Source of the DNA: an uncultured delta proteobacterium
GTDB taxonomy: Bacteria > Myxococcota > Myxococcia > Myxococcales > Myxococcaceae
Assembly: GCA_963713045.1 (NCBI GenBank)
Contig: CAVQKE010000003.1
Coordinates: 1,344,001 to 1,408,000 of the forward strand
Reading direction: 5' to 3'
Length of the DNA: 64,000 nucleotides
Every line of letters begins with the position of its first letter. The stretch's first letter is position 1. A program made the position numbers and the translations under genes. Positions 18,013-25,731 of this stretch are shown here, piece by piece. The notes under the pieces are model-generated. The model ran no database searches. It was not told where the DNA came from and saw only the letters and a list, made by a program, of their open reading frames with translations.

Positions 18013-19613
18013 GGCGGACCCGCCGGTAATTCGTCCACCACCGTCGGGCCGCGGTACTCGGCAAAATGTGCAAACCAAGGTTGTAGCTTGCGCCGCTGAA
18101 TTTTCCCGGTGTGGGTGCGGGGAATGGGCCGGGCGCCGTGGAGCACCACTTTGGGCCGCTCGGCAACGGGCATGGCCTCGATGGCCGCCACCAGCCGGCT
18201 GCGGAGCGAGTCGTCACAGCCGTCCATTTCGAGGTAGGCGCCCACTTCCTCGCCATGCTCGCGGTGCGGGAAGCCGAGCACCACCAGGCGGCCGGACAAC
18301 TCAGGCAGCGCCTCGACCAGCCGCTGTTCCAGGCGCAGCGGGCTGTACTTCTCCGCATCGCGGATGATGATTTCCTTCAGCCGGCCGGTGACGAAGTGGA
18401 TGGGCCGCTCGCGGTGCAGTCGAAAGAAGCCTTCGTCACCGGTATGCAGCCAACCCTCGGCGTCGATGGTGCGCGCGGTGTTGTCCGGGTCGCGAAAATA
18501 ACCACTCATCAGTGAGTGGCCACGGACCAGCAGCTCTCCGCGCCTGCCCTCCGGGGCCGGCGCGCCGCTGTCGTCCACCACGCGCACCTCGGTTCCTTCC
18601 AGGGCCGGTCCAATCGACGGCACCTCCCAGGCGAACATCAGTCGGCCGTGCTCTTCCGCTGTCTCAAACGGCGACACGCAGCAGGCGAAGTTGGTGTATT
18701 CGGACAGCCCCCAGCCCTGGATGAGGGGGATGCCGGTGCGCGTCTCAAAGTTGTGGGCGACTTCCACCGGCAGCGGCGCCGAGGACACCATCAAATGGCG
18801 CAGTGTCGGGACTCGCTCTCGGCTGACGCCCGCCGCCATCAGCTGCGGGATGAGCGAGGGCACAACGCTGGAGACTTCAACCGACTCGGCGACAACCACC
18901 CGGGCCCAGGTGAAAGGCTCGAGCCTTTCTGAGAAAACCAGGTGCCCGCCCGTCGACAGGGCCGTCATCAGCCCGAAGCCGAAAGCATGTGCGTGGTAGA
19001 GGGGCAGAACCGCGTATTGGGTGGTGCCCTCCAGGCGGAAGTTGAGCGCCATACTCCACGCGTTGGCGATGAGGTTGCGCTGGCGCAGCGCCACGCCCTT
19101 CGGGTTCCCAGTCGTGCCGGAGGTGTAGAGGATGGCCGCCAACTGCTCGCCGAGGCCGCTCGGCGCCTCAGCCGGCCGCCCGGTGAGGGCAAACACCTCT
19201 TCCAGCGGCAGCGCGAACTCCGGCCGGGAAACCGCCGGGACGCGGCTCAAAAGTTCGCTGGTGGCACACAGGCCGCGCGCGCCCGAGTGCCCGAGGATGT
19301 AGGCCCAGTCCTCGATGGCTGAACCGGGGTTAAGCGGGACCACCACCGCGCCCAGTCGCAACAGCGCCAGCACCAACACCGGCACTTCGAGGCGGTTGGG
19401 CGCAAGGACGGCGACGCAGTCTCCTTGACGCACCGCAAACCTCTCCGCCAGCCCTCCGGCCAGCGCCTCGACGCGCGCGCCCAGTTCCCCATAGGAAAGG
19501 CGCCCGTCGAGCGCCTTGCCGCGGTAGAAGCTGAGCGCCGGGCGCTGTTGGTGCGGCGCCAGTTGGGCCAGAAGCGCCGGAAAGTCGCTGGCCGGGGGCG
19601 TCTTCACCACCAC
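18009..19613 (-). CDS. Class I adenylate-forming enzyme (acyl-CoA/acyl-ACP ligase)
   Basis: YTSGTTGNPKG, GWGLSE, LHTGDEG, GRLKEII, PRTHTGKIQR; GTG start abuts the stop at 19615. Confidence 0.9.
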   Translation of the reverse strand: MVVKTPPASDFPALLAQLAPHQQRPALSFYRGKALDGRLSYGELGARVEALAGGLAERFAVRQGDCVAVLAPNRLEVPVLVLALLRLGAVVVPLNPGSAIEDWAYILGHSGARGLCATSELLSRVPAVSRPEFALPLEEVFALTGRPAEAPSGLGEQLAAILYTSGTTGNPKGVALRQRNLIANAWSMALNFRLEGTTQYAVLPLYHAHAFGFGLMTALSTGGHLVFSERLEPFTWARVVVAESVEVSSVVPSLIPQLMAAGVSRERVPTLRHLMVSSAPLPVEVAHNFETRTGIPLIQGWGLSEYTNFACCVSPFETAEEHGRLMFAWEVPSIGPALEGTEVRVVDDSGAPAPEGRRGELLVRGHSLMSGYFRDPDNTARTIDAEGWLHTGDEGFFRLHRERPIHFVTGRLKEIIIRDAEKYSPLRLEQRLVEALPELSGRLVVLGFPHREHGEEVGAYLEMDGCDDSLRSRLVAAIEAMPVAERPKVVLHGARPIPRTHTGKIQRRKLQPWFAHFAEYRGPTVVDELPAGPP

Positions 19614-19614
19614 C

Positions 19615-20214
19615 CTAGTAACCGACTTCGAAGCCGTACTGGTAGGAGGCCTGAAGGCGCTCGGAAAGGATGTTGAGTTCGCCCTCGTGAAAGCGCCAAT
19701 TGATGTCCGGCGCCGCCTCCTCCAGGGTGGTGACGCCAAAATAGAGCGGCTGAAAGCCCATGTCGACGTAGGCCTTGGCGAGACTGGAGGCGACCGCCAC
19801 CTCGTCGGCAAAGATGGGCTCGCGGTGGCCCAGGCCCTTGAAGCTGGACTTGGAGATTGCGCCAATGCGGCCGTTGGGCGCCCAATACAGCGCGACGCAG
19901 TGGCCCACCTCCTCCCCCGACGCCGGGTCTCGCCGGTGGATGGCCAACAGCCGCCGCTGAATGTGTCCGCACAACAGCTCCAACAGCCCATAAGAAAGGA
20001 TGGCCGCGTCGATGCAGGTGATGCGGCTGCTATGGAGCGACGAGCGCACCGACTGAATGCGGTAGTTGGCTCGCCAGTCGTCCAAGTACTGGTAGTTGTC
20101 GATGACCCGCCGAACGTCCTCCGGCGCTGACAACGGGCCGCCGCCGGACATTTCCAGAAGGCGGGCCAGGTCGCCTTCGCTGTAGCCCAGGCTCTCGACC
20201 GCGGGACTGAGCAA
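19615..20214 (-). CDS. Transglutaminase-like (vasohibin-like) cysteine peptidase
   Basis: ITCIDAAIL, GHCVALY, GRIGAISKS..LGHREPIF; start uncertain (TTG 20214 chosen). Confidence 0.6.
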   Translation of the reverse strand: MLSPAVESLGYSEGDLARLLEMSGGGPLSAPEDVRRVIDNYQYLDDWRANYRIQSVRSSLHSSRITCIDAAILSYGLLELLCGHIQRRLLAIHRRDPASGEEVGHCVALYWAPNGRIGAISKSSFKGLGHREPIFADEVAVASSLAKAYVDMGFQPLYFGVTTLEEAAPDINWRFHEGELNILSERLQASYQYGFEVGY

Positions 20215-20227
20215 AGCCCGCGCCGCG

Positions 20228-21271
20228 CTATTCGGAGAGCAGGTCACACGGCATACGCGGCACCGTTGCGAAGTTCGCGTAGAAGGTGTCGATGCCGTCC
20301 ATGAAGAGAAGGAGGTGCTCGGCCATATTCTTGGCCACATTGAGAGCGTCGTTCACCTCGGAACGCGTCAGCGGCGGAACGCTCTCACACATTTGCAGGA
20401 AGGCGTTGGCGTGCCCGAGATTCTGGTCGGCTTTGGTATGGGCGATGAACGAGTCGATGACTCTCCCCGTGTAGGGGTAGTGCGTCCGCATCGCCTCGTA
20501 GAACTGGTTCACCGCTCCGCTCGCCCCGCCGTCTTCGTTTTCCGTCATCTGCAACAACTCGTTGCCCGAATAGTACGAAAAGGAACCGCGCTGTGCCGAC
20601 TCGCTCAGGTAGTTGACCAGCGCACGGGTCGACGGCAGCGGCTGCGAGCGGAGAACCACGTCGTCCGGGAAAAGGCTTCGCAGCCCTTTGCGGTAAATGT
20701 CGCCGTGCGTGTATTCCTCGATGAAGTGCCGGGCGAGGTGAGGCATCATCTCCGGCGTGGCGTTGGCGGCGGCGATGCCCATGTGCTCGAACGCGGCCTC
20801 GATGTAGTGGTACTTCTCAAAGGCAAAGCCAAGCACCTGAGCGCGACTGGCGCGGCCGCTGACGATTTTTTCCCACAGCGGATGCTGGTAGACGTCCTGG
20901 AGCCAATAGTTGCAGAGCTCGCGGTGCAGCTGGTGAAACTCCACGCCGCTCATCAGCACCCCGTCATCCTGCCCGGAGAGGAAGGCCACCACGCCGGCCT
21001 TCTCCAGCGGCTCCAGCAACGCCCGCAGCCGCGCCGGGGCCTCGGACAGCTTTGTTCCAGTCGTCGCCAGTGGGGTCTTGCCGTCGAGGTAAGGCTCAAG
21101 CGTCGTGAAGAGCTGCGCCGCCGCACCCTCGAGCGTGACCTCATCGCGAAGATGGCGGATGGCCACCTGCCCGTTTTCGCGAACGACGGATGCGCCGCGT
21201 CTCAGCAGGGGTAAGTCCTTGGAAGAGGGCGCCGACGCGCCCACGGTTGCCTTCGCCGTCTGCATGTTCAT
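20228..21271 (-). CDS. RRE-like wHTH fused to a heme-oxygenase-like diiron (TenA/PqqC/CADD-fold) domain
   Basis: N-terminal PLLRRG...VTLEG...YLDGKTPL...LEKAGVV; HPLW, EKYHY, HFIEEYTH, HTKADQNLGH. Confidence 0.75.
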   Translation of the reverse strand: MNMQTAKATVGASAPSSKDLPLLRRGASVVRENGQVAIRHLRDEVTLEGAAAQLFTTLEPYLDGKTPLATTGTKLSEAPARLRALLEPLEKAGVVAFLSGQDDGVLMSGVEFHQLHRELCNYWLQDVYQHPLWEKIVSGRASRAQVLGFAFEKYHYIEAAFEHMGIAAANATPEMMPHLARHFIEEYTHGDIYRKGLRSLFPDDVVLRSQPLPSTRALVNYLSESAQRGSFSYYSGNELLQMTENEDGGASGAVNQFYEAMRTHYPYTGRVIDSFIAHTKADQNLGHANAFLQMCESVPPLTRSEVNDALNVAKNMAEHLLLFMDGIDTFYANFATVPRMPCDLLSE

Positions 21272-21275
21272 CGCC

Positions 21276-22271
21276 TCAATCGACCCGGACGTCGAATGGG
21301 CGCCGGGGAATCGGATTCGATTCAACTTGGTAGTACTTCTCGATGTTGTCGGTCCACAGCCAGATGTGCTCCACCAACTGGTGGCCGTAGTCCAACACCT
21401 TCGAAGCGCGCTCGGCTGACATCTGCGGCACGTGCTCCAGAATGTCTTTGAACAAGTCTGAGTGTTGGTATTTCACGTCCAAGTCGAGGTGCGCGTAAAT
21501 GGGAGTGATGGCCCCTTTCGGCAGTCCGTACAGCTCCGCCGACTTCTCGTAATAGGGGTTGTAAGTCGAGCGGTCGGTGGTGGTCCCTTCGAGGACTGCC
21601 GAGCAGATGGAGTAGGCCAGCACGTCCTCGCGGGCCGCTTGCCGCATGAAGTTGGACAGCGCCAGCGTCATCGGCAGCGGCACCGACTCGGCAATTTGTG
21701 GCTCGGTGAAGCCCAACTCCTTCAGCGACTTCATGAAGTAGTGGAAGTGGTTCCACTCCTCTGCGTAGTGCTTGGCACGCAGCTGCTTGATGGGCTTCTC
21801 GTGGGCGTGTGCACAGGACAGCGGCATGTGCCGGTTGGCATTCTTGGTGTAGTGGTAGAGCTCAATCAGCCAGCCGGTGAAAAGCCGCGCCGAACCCCGG
21901 CCGCTCATCATCCGTTCCCAGAAGGGATGCTCGAAGGCCTCGGACAGCCAGCTCTTGAGGACGACGTTGAAGCGGGTATGAAAGTCGAGCCCCGTCATCG
22001 ACTTCGGCGTGTCGTCCACCTTGTACAAAAGGCCAGACCTCTCCAGCGCCTCGATGAACTTCGGCACCTTGGCCTCGTCCATGTCAAGTTGGCGCGCCAA
22101 GTCCGCCACGCCTCGCACGCTGGGCAGCCACTCGGTGACGCCTTGGTACCAGGCGAATTCCTTCTCGCCGAGTTCGACCACGCGGTCGCTCAAGCGAAGC
22201 TCACGGCGCCCAGGCGAGGCCTTCACCTCGTAGACGCGCTTGGTTCGGTAGGCATTCTGAATCGATGTCAT
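21276..22271 (-). CDS. RRE-like wHTH fused to a heme-oxygenase-like diiron domain (paralog)
   Basis: VADLARQL...FIEALERSGLL; HPFW, ELYHY, HYAEEWNH, AVLEG, HLDLDVKYQH. Confidence 0.75.
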   Translation of the reverse strand: MTSIQNAYRTKRVYEVKASPGRRELRLSDRVVELGEKEFAWYQGVTEWLPSVRGVADLARQLDMDEAKVPKFIEALERSGLLYKVDDTPKSMTGLDFHTRFNVVLKSWLSEAFEHPFWERMMSGRGSARLFTGWLIELYHYTKNANRHMPLSCAHAHEKPIKQLRAKHYAEEWNHFHYFMKSLKELGFTEPQIAESVPLPMTLALSNFMRQAAREDVLAYSICSAVLEGTTTDRSTYNPYYEKSAELYGLPKGAITPIYAHLDLDVKYQHSDLFKDILEHVPQMSAERASKVLDYGHQLVEHIWLWTDNIEKYYQVESNPIPRRPFDVRVD

Positions 22272-22417
22272 GTGCGCTCTCCCCCGAGCACCACTCTGTT
22301 TTGACGAGCGCCGCGCACACTAAGTGGCGCGCGCGCGCGCGGTCAACACCGCGCGAGGTGGGTCAATCGCACGCCAGCGCAGTGTCAAACATCGGGCACC
22401 CGTGAGAGATTTCGGGC

Positions 22418-23023
22418 ATGGGTACGTATTTACCCGAGGCATTTCGCCTCGAAGACCGCCCCACGCTGCTGGCCCACGCGGCGGCCCACCCGTTCGCAAC
22501 CGTCGTCACGCATGGCGAGGGCGGCCTTTCGGTAAGCCACCTGCCGCTTCTGGTGGATGCACAGCGTGGCGTCCTCCGGGGACACCTCGCCCGGGCGAAC
22601 CCTCAGCTTGCAGATTTTTCGGCAGGCCTTGAAGCGCTGGCCATCTTTCATGGCCCCCACGCCTACGTGTCTCCATCAGTTTATGTGGAGCACCCCAGCG
22701 TCCCGACATGGAACTACGCGGTGGTTCACATTCGAGGGGCGGCCAAATTGCTCGACGAACCAGCCCTCCGAAAACTGCTGGACGACCTGGTTGCGCACTT
22801 TGACCGTACCGGTTGGCGGCTGGAGGCACCTGAGGAATATGTCCAGTCGGCGCTGGCTGCCATCGCCGGTTTCGAAATCCCCATCCAGCAATTGGAAGGA
22901 AAGTGGAAGCTGAGTCAAAACCGCTCCCTGGCCGACCAGCAGCGCGTGGCCGCCTGGCTGGAAGGCGGAGACGAAGCGAGCCGAGCAGTCGCCGCCTTAA
23001 TGCACTTGCGCCTGTTGCCGTAG
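22418..23023 (+). CDS. PaiB-family (FMN-binding split barrel) protein
   Basis: YLPEAF, SHLPLL, LRGHLARANP, GPHAYVSPS, VPTWNY, GKWKLSQNR. Confidence 0.9.
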   Translation: MGTYLPEAFRLEDRPTLLAHAAAHPFATVVTHGEGGLSVSHLPLLVDAQRGVLRGHLARANPQLADFSAGLEALAIFHGPHAYVSPSVYVEHPSVPTWNYAVVHIRGAAKLLDEPALRKLLDDLVAHFDRTGWRLEAPEEYVQSALAAIAGFEIPIQQLEGKWKLSQNRSLADQQRVAAWLEGGDEASRAVAALMHLRLLP

Positions 23024-23313
23024 CAGGACTGGCATTCCGGCATACACCGGCAGCACCAAGGCGGCTCCAACGGCAAGGCGACCTTCTACTTGCCATCACG
23101 CAACAGCCGCGGCCCTTGCCTTGTTGAATGGTGCGCCATGTCCACCTGAAACGGTTGCACAGTTCCCGGACCGCTCGGATTTCTTCACTTGTCACATGCT
23201 TCATGCGTGTGCTTCAGCTACCTCCAGAACATTCGCCAGCGTCTTGACGGACGTCGCAGAGACCCATCGGCGAATGCCGGCCGAGATGGGGGCCGCGGAC
23301 CACTGAGGAAAGA

Positions 23314-24288
23314 ATGTCGGAAAGGGAACTGCGCCGTGGCGACCTGGTCGAAGTCCGGAGTCCTGCAGAGATTCTGGCCACCTTGGACGAGCGGGGCGAC
23401 CTGGACGGGTTGCCCTTCATGCCAGAGATGGCCGCCTACTGCGGTCAACGTTTCACGGTCGCGGCACGAGCAGAGAAGGTTTGTGACTCGGTCGATTTCA
23501 GCGGCAGTCGCCGGCTGCCCCACGCCGTCCTGCTGGAGGACCTGCGCTGCGACGGGAGTGGGCACGACGGCTGTCAGGCCGAGTGCCGGCTGTTTTGGAA
23601 GGAGGCTTGGCTGAATCGGGTTTCTGCGGACGCGCCAACTCCTGCGCCCTTCCCGGAACAGGACCGTTCGGCACTTCTTGAACGGGCCTCGCGACAGGTC
23701 CGTTCCATGCAGCGCATCGACAACAAAGAAGCACTGCGCTACCGCTGCCAGGCAACCGAACTTCCCCACTATACGCAGCACTTGAGGACCTTCGACCCGC
23801 GTCCCTACGTACGCGAGCTGACGTCAGGCAACGTTGGATTGGCTCGCTTCGTGCGCATCATGGCACGTGCCGTCGTCGAGGAGCCGCAGGTGAAGCTGGG
23901 ATTGATGCCGAGCGTCTATCTTTCGGGGACGGCCCAAAGGGGCGAAACCTTCGAGGCACTCAACCTCCAAGTGGGCGAGCTGGTTCGCGTTAAGTCGAAG
24001 GAGGAGATTGCGAAGACGCTGGACCCCCGCGGAATGAACAAGGGCCTACGGTTCGACCGCGAAATGCTTCCCTTCTGCGGTCAGGTCTTCAAAGTTCGCC
24101 AGCGCGTGGTGCGCTTCATTGACGAACCGAAGAGCTTGATGGTGGTGCTGAAAAACGATGCCATCCTCCTCGACGGCGCCTACTGCATGGGCGAACTCAA
24201 TCCAAGGAGGTGGTTTTGTCCTCGCGGCATCTACGCCTTCTGGCGGGAATGCTGGCTCGAGCGTGTCGAGCAGAAGCCGCTCAGCTGA
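23314..24288 (+). CDS. Hypothetical protein with two tandem Cys-containing domains
   Basis: GDLVEVRSPAEILATLD..GLPFMPEM..CGQRF versus GELVRVKSKEEIAKTLD..GLRFDREM..CGQVF; the domains end FWKEAWL and FWRECWL. Confidence 0.75.
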   Translation: MSERELRRGDLVEVRSPAEILATLDERGDLDGLPFMPEMAAYCGQRFTVAARAEKVCDSVDFSGSRRLPHAVLLEDLRCDGSGHDGCQAECRLFWKEAWLNRVSADAPTPAPFPEQDRSALLERASRQVRSMQRIDNKEALRYRCQATELPHYTQHLRTFDPRPYVRELTSGNVGLARFVRIMARAVVEEPQVKLGLMPSVYLSGTAQRGETFEALNLQVGELVRVKSKEEIAKTLDPRGMNKGLRFDREMLPFCGQVFKVRQRVVRFIDEPKSLMVVLKNDAILLDGAYCMGELNPRRWFCPRGIYAFWRECWLERVEQKPLS

Positions 24289-24391
24289 CAGTTTGACGCT
24301 GTCAGCCGTGCGCAAGGCTCGTCTTGCAACAGGAGAAGTCACCCGGGGCCCTGGGGGCTTCAGTGCCAGCCCCCCTTGGCCGCGTGATGCC

Positions 24392-24544
24392 TTATTCGGC
24401 GAGGACGCCTCGCGGCCGAACTGGCACTTCTAGCTTCCGCACCGTCACCTTGAACTCGGCCTCGTCCTTGGAAGCCTCAGTCGTGTCATCGACTGGATTC
24501 TCCCGCGGGACCTCAGCGTCCTTCAGCGTGTCTTCGTTCGTCAT
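24392..24544 (-). CDS. Short acidic peptide A2 (50 aa: MTNEDTLKDAEVPRENPVDDTTEASKDEAEFKVTVRKLEVPVRPRGVLAE)
   Basis: ATG 24544 preceded by GGGAGAG; paralog of 16836-16991. Confidence 0.85.
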   Translation of the reverse strand: MTNEDTLKDAEVPRENPVDDTTEASKDEAEFKVTVRKLEVPVRPRGVLAE

Positions 24545-24752
24545 GGCTGCTCGCTCTCCCTGGTTGGATGCTTCAGTTGGTTTCGGGCCCCCTCCGGACG
24601 AGCTGACGCTTTGGGTGACTGGCGTCTGCGCAGCGCTCCGTCGCCCCCCTTCAACATCGTCCAGCCGTCTAGCACGCAGTCCCAAACCCGAAAATGGGGC
24701 GACCTTGACCCAGAGATTGACCCGAGAGAGTTAGTGAAATTTAAGGTGGCTC

Positions 24753-25010
24753 ATGACCGACGAGACAATCGCGCGCCGGCTACGCGAGCTTCTGGCGTAC
24801 CATTCGGGTGCACCGGAGGCGAGCTTGCGAGGCGATTCCACTCCGCAAAACACCGAGGGCTGGGACTCGTTGGCAAATCTCAACCTGATGGCTGCCATCG
24901 AGGACGAGTTTGGTGTCACCATTGCGACCCGAGACGTCATCAAACTGAAATCCCTCGGTGACATCGCCGCCTATGTCCAGGCCAATGCGGTGACGGGCCA
25001 GACTGGATGA
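24753..25010 (+). CDS. Acyl carrier protein (ACP-2)
   Basis: GWDSLANLNLMAAIEDEFGVTI. Confidence 0.9.
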   Translation: MTDETIARRLRELLAYHSGAPEASLRGDSTPQNTEGWDSLANLNLMAAIEDEFGVTIATRDVIKLKSLGDIAAYVQANAVTGQTG

Positions 25011-25723
25011 CGCTGGCCCGGATGCGCGAGGGACGAACATTCGAGCAGAAACAGGACGACTCGGCGGCGGAGAGAGTCTTCCAACTGGTCCGCAAGGCTG
25101 CCCACTCTCTGCGGCTTTCGCCAGTCCTGTCCGTCGAGCGTTGCATCGTGGTCGAGCTCCGGAATCCTCCCGTCGCGACCCGCGGTCTTTCGGATTTGGT
25201 CATCCGCCTCGCCCAGCCCGGAGACATTCCGGCGCTGGTCAAGCTCGACAACCGCGAAGCCGGGGTCTTGCAGGCTCGCCTAGACCGGGGTGACCTGATT
25301 TTCCTTGGGCAGCTCGACCAGGAAGTTGTCTGCTGCACCTGTTTTCACCGGGGACCGACGCCGTTTGACGACGAGCGCGACAGCATCGCGCGCTGGGCGC
25401 TGGACGACGCGACGACGTATTGGTCCTACGACGCCATGGCACCACTCGCGATGCGCTCTGCGGGAGTGGTGGCCAAACTGTTCCAATTCGCCCTGCACGA
25501 GGTTTTCGACGTGCGTGGCGGGCGCCTGGTGCGCGGGTTCATCCACGACTGGAATCGACCCTCGCTCATGCTCCACCAGCGGCTGGGTTTCTCCGCCTCC
25601 GGCAGGGCGACCGCCATCGCGATTCCTGGCCTAAAATGGCTGCGCTGGGAGAGTGGTGGCCTCACCCGCCAGTGGGTGCTTCCTCGCCACAGCGACTTTG
25701 CGTTGCCACCTGCCCAGACTTGA
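25007..25723 (+). CDS. GNAT-family acyltransferase
   Basis: MRSAGV (acyl-CoA binding motif A-like) and NRPSLMLHQRLGF; ATGA overlap with ACP-2. Confidence 0.7.
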   Translation: MTLARMREGRTFEQKQDDSAAERVFQLVRKAAHSLRLSPVLSVERCIVVELRNPPVATRGLSDLVIRLAQPGDIPALVKLDNREAGVLQARLDRGDLIFLGQLDQEVVCCTCFHRGPTPFDDERDSIARWALDDATTYWSYDAMAPLAMRSAGVVAKLFQFALHEVFDVRGGRLVRGFIHDWNRPSLMLHQRLGFSASGRATAIAIPGLKWLRWESGGLTRQWVLPRHSDFALPPAQT

Positions 25724-25731
25724 GGGCCGTC

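Noticed and set aside
20228..22271. PQQ biosynthesis (PqqC/PqqD)
   Set aside because: The peptides have no ExxxY motif or any Tyr, and no radical SAM PqqE or PqqB is present
16917..24466. About 75-bp inverted repeats as ends of a mobile or invertible element
   Set aside because: Differences fall only at synonymous sites, so the similarity is protein-level; no transposase or recombinase is present
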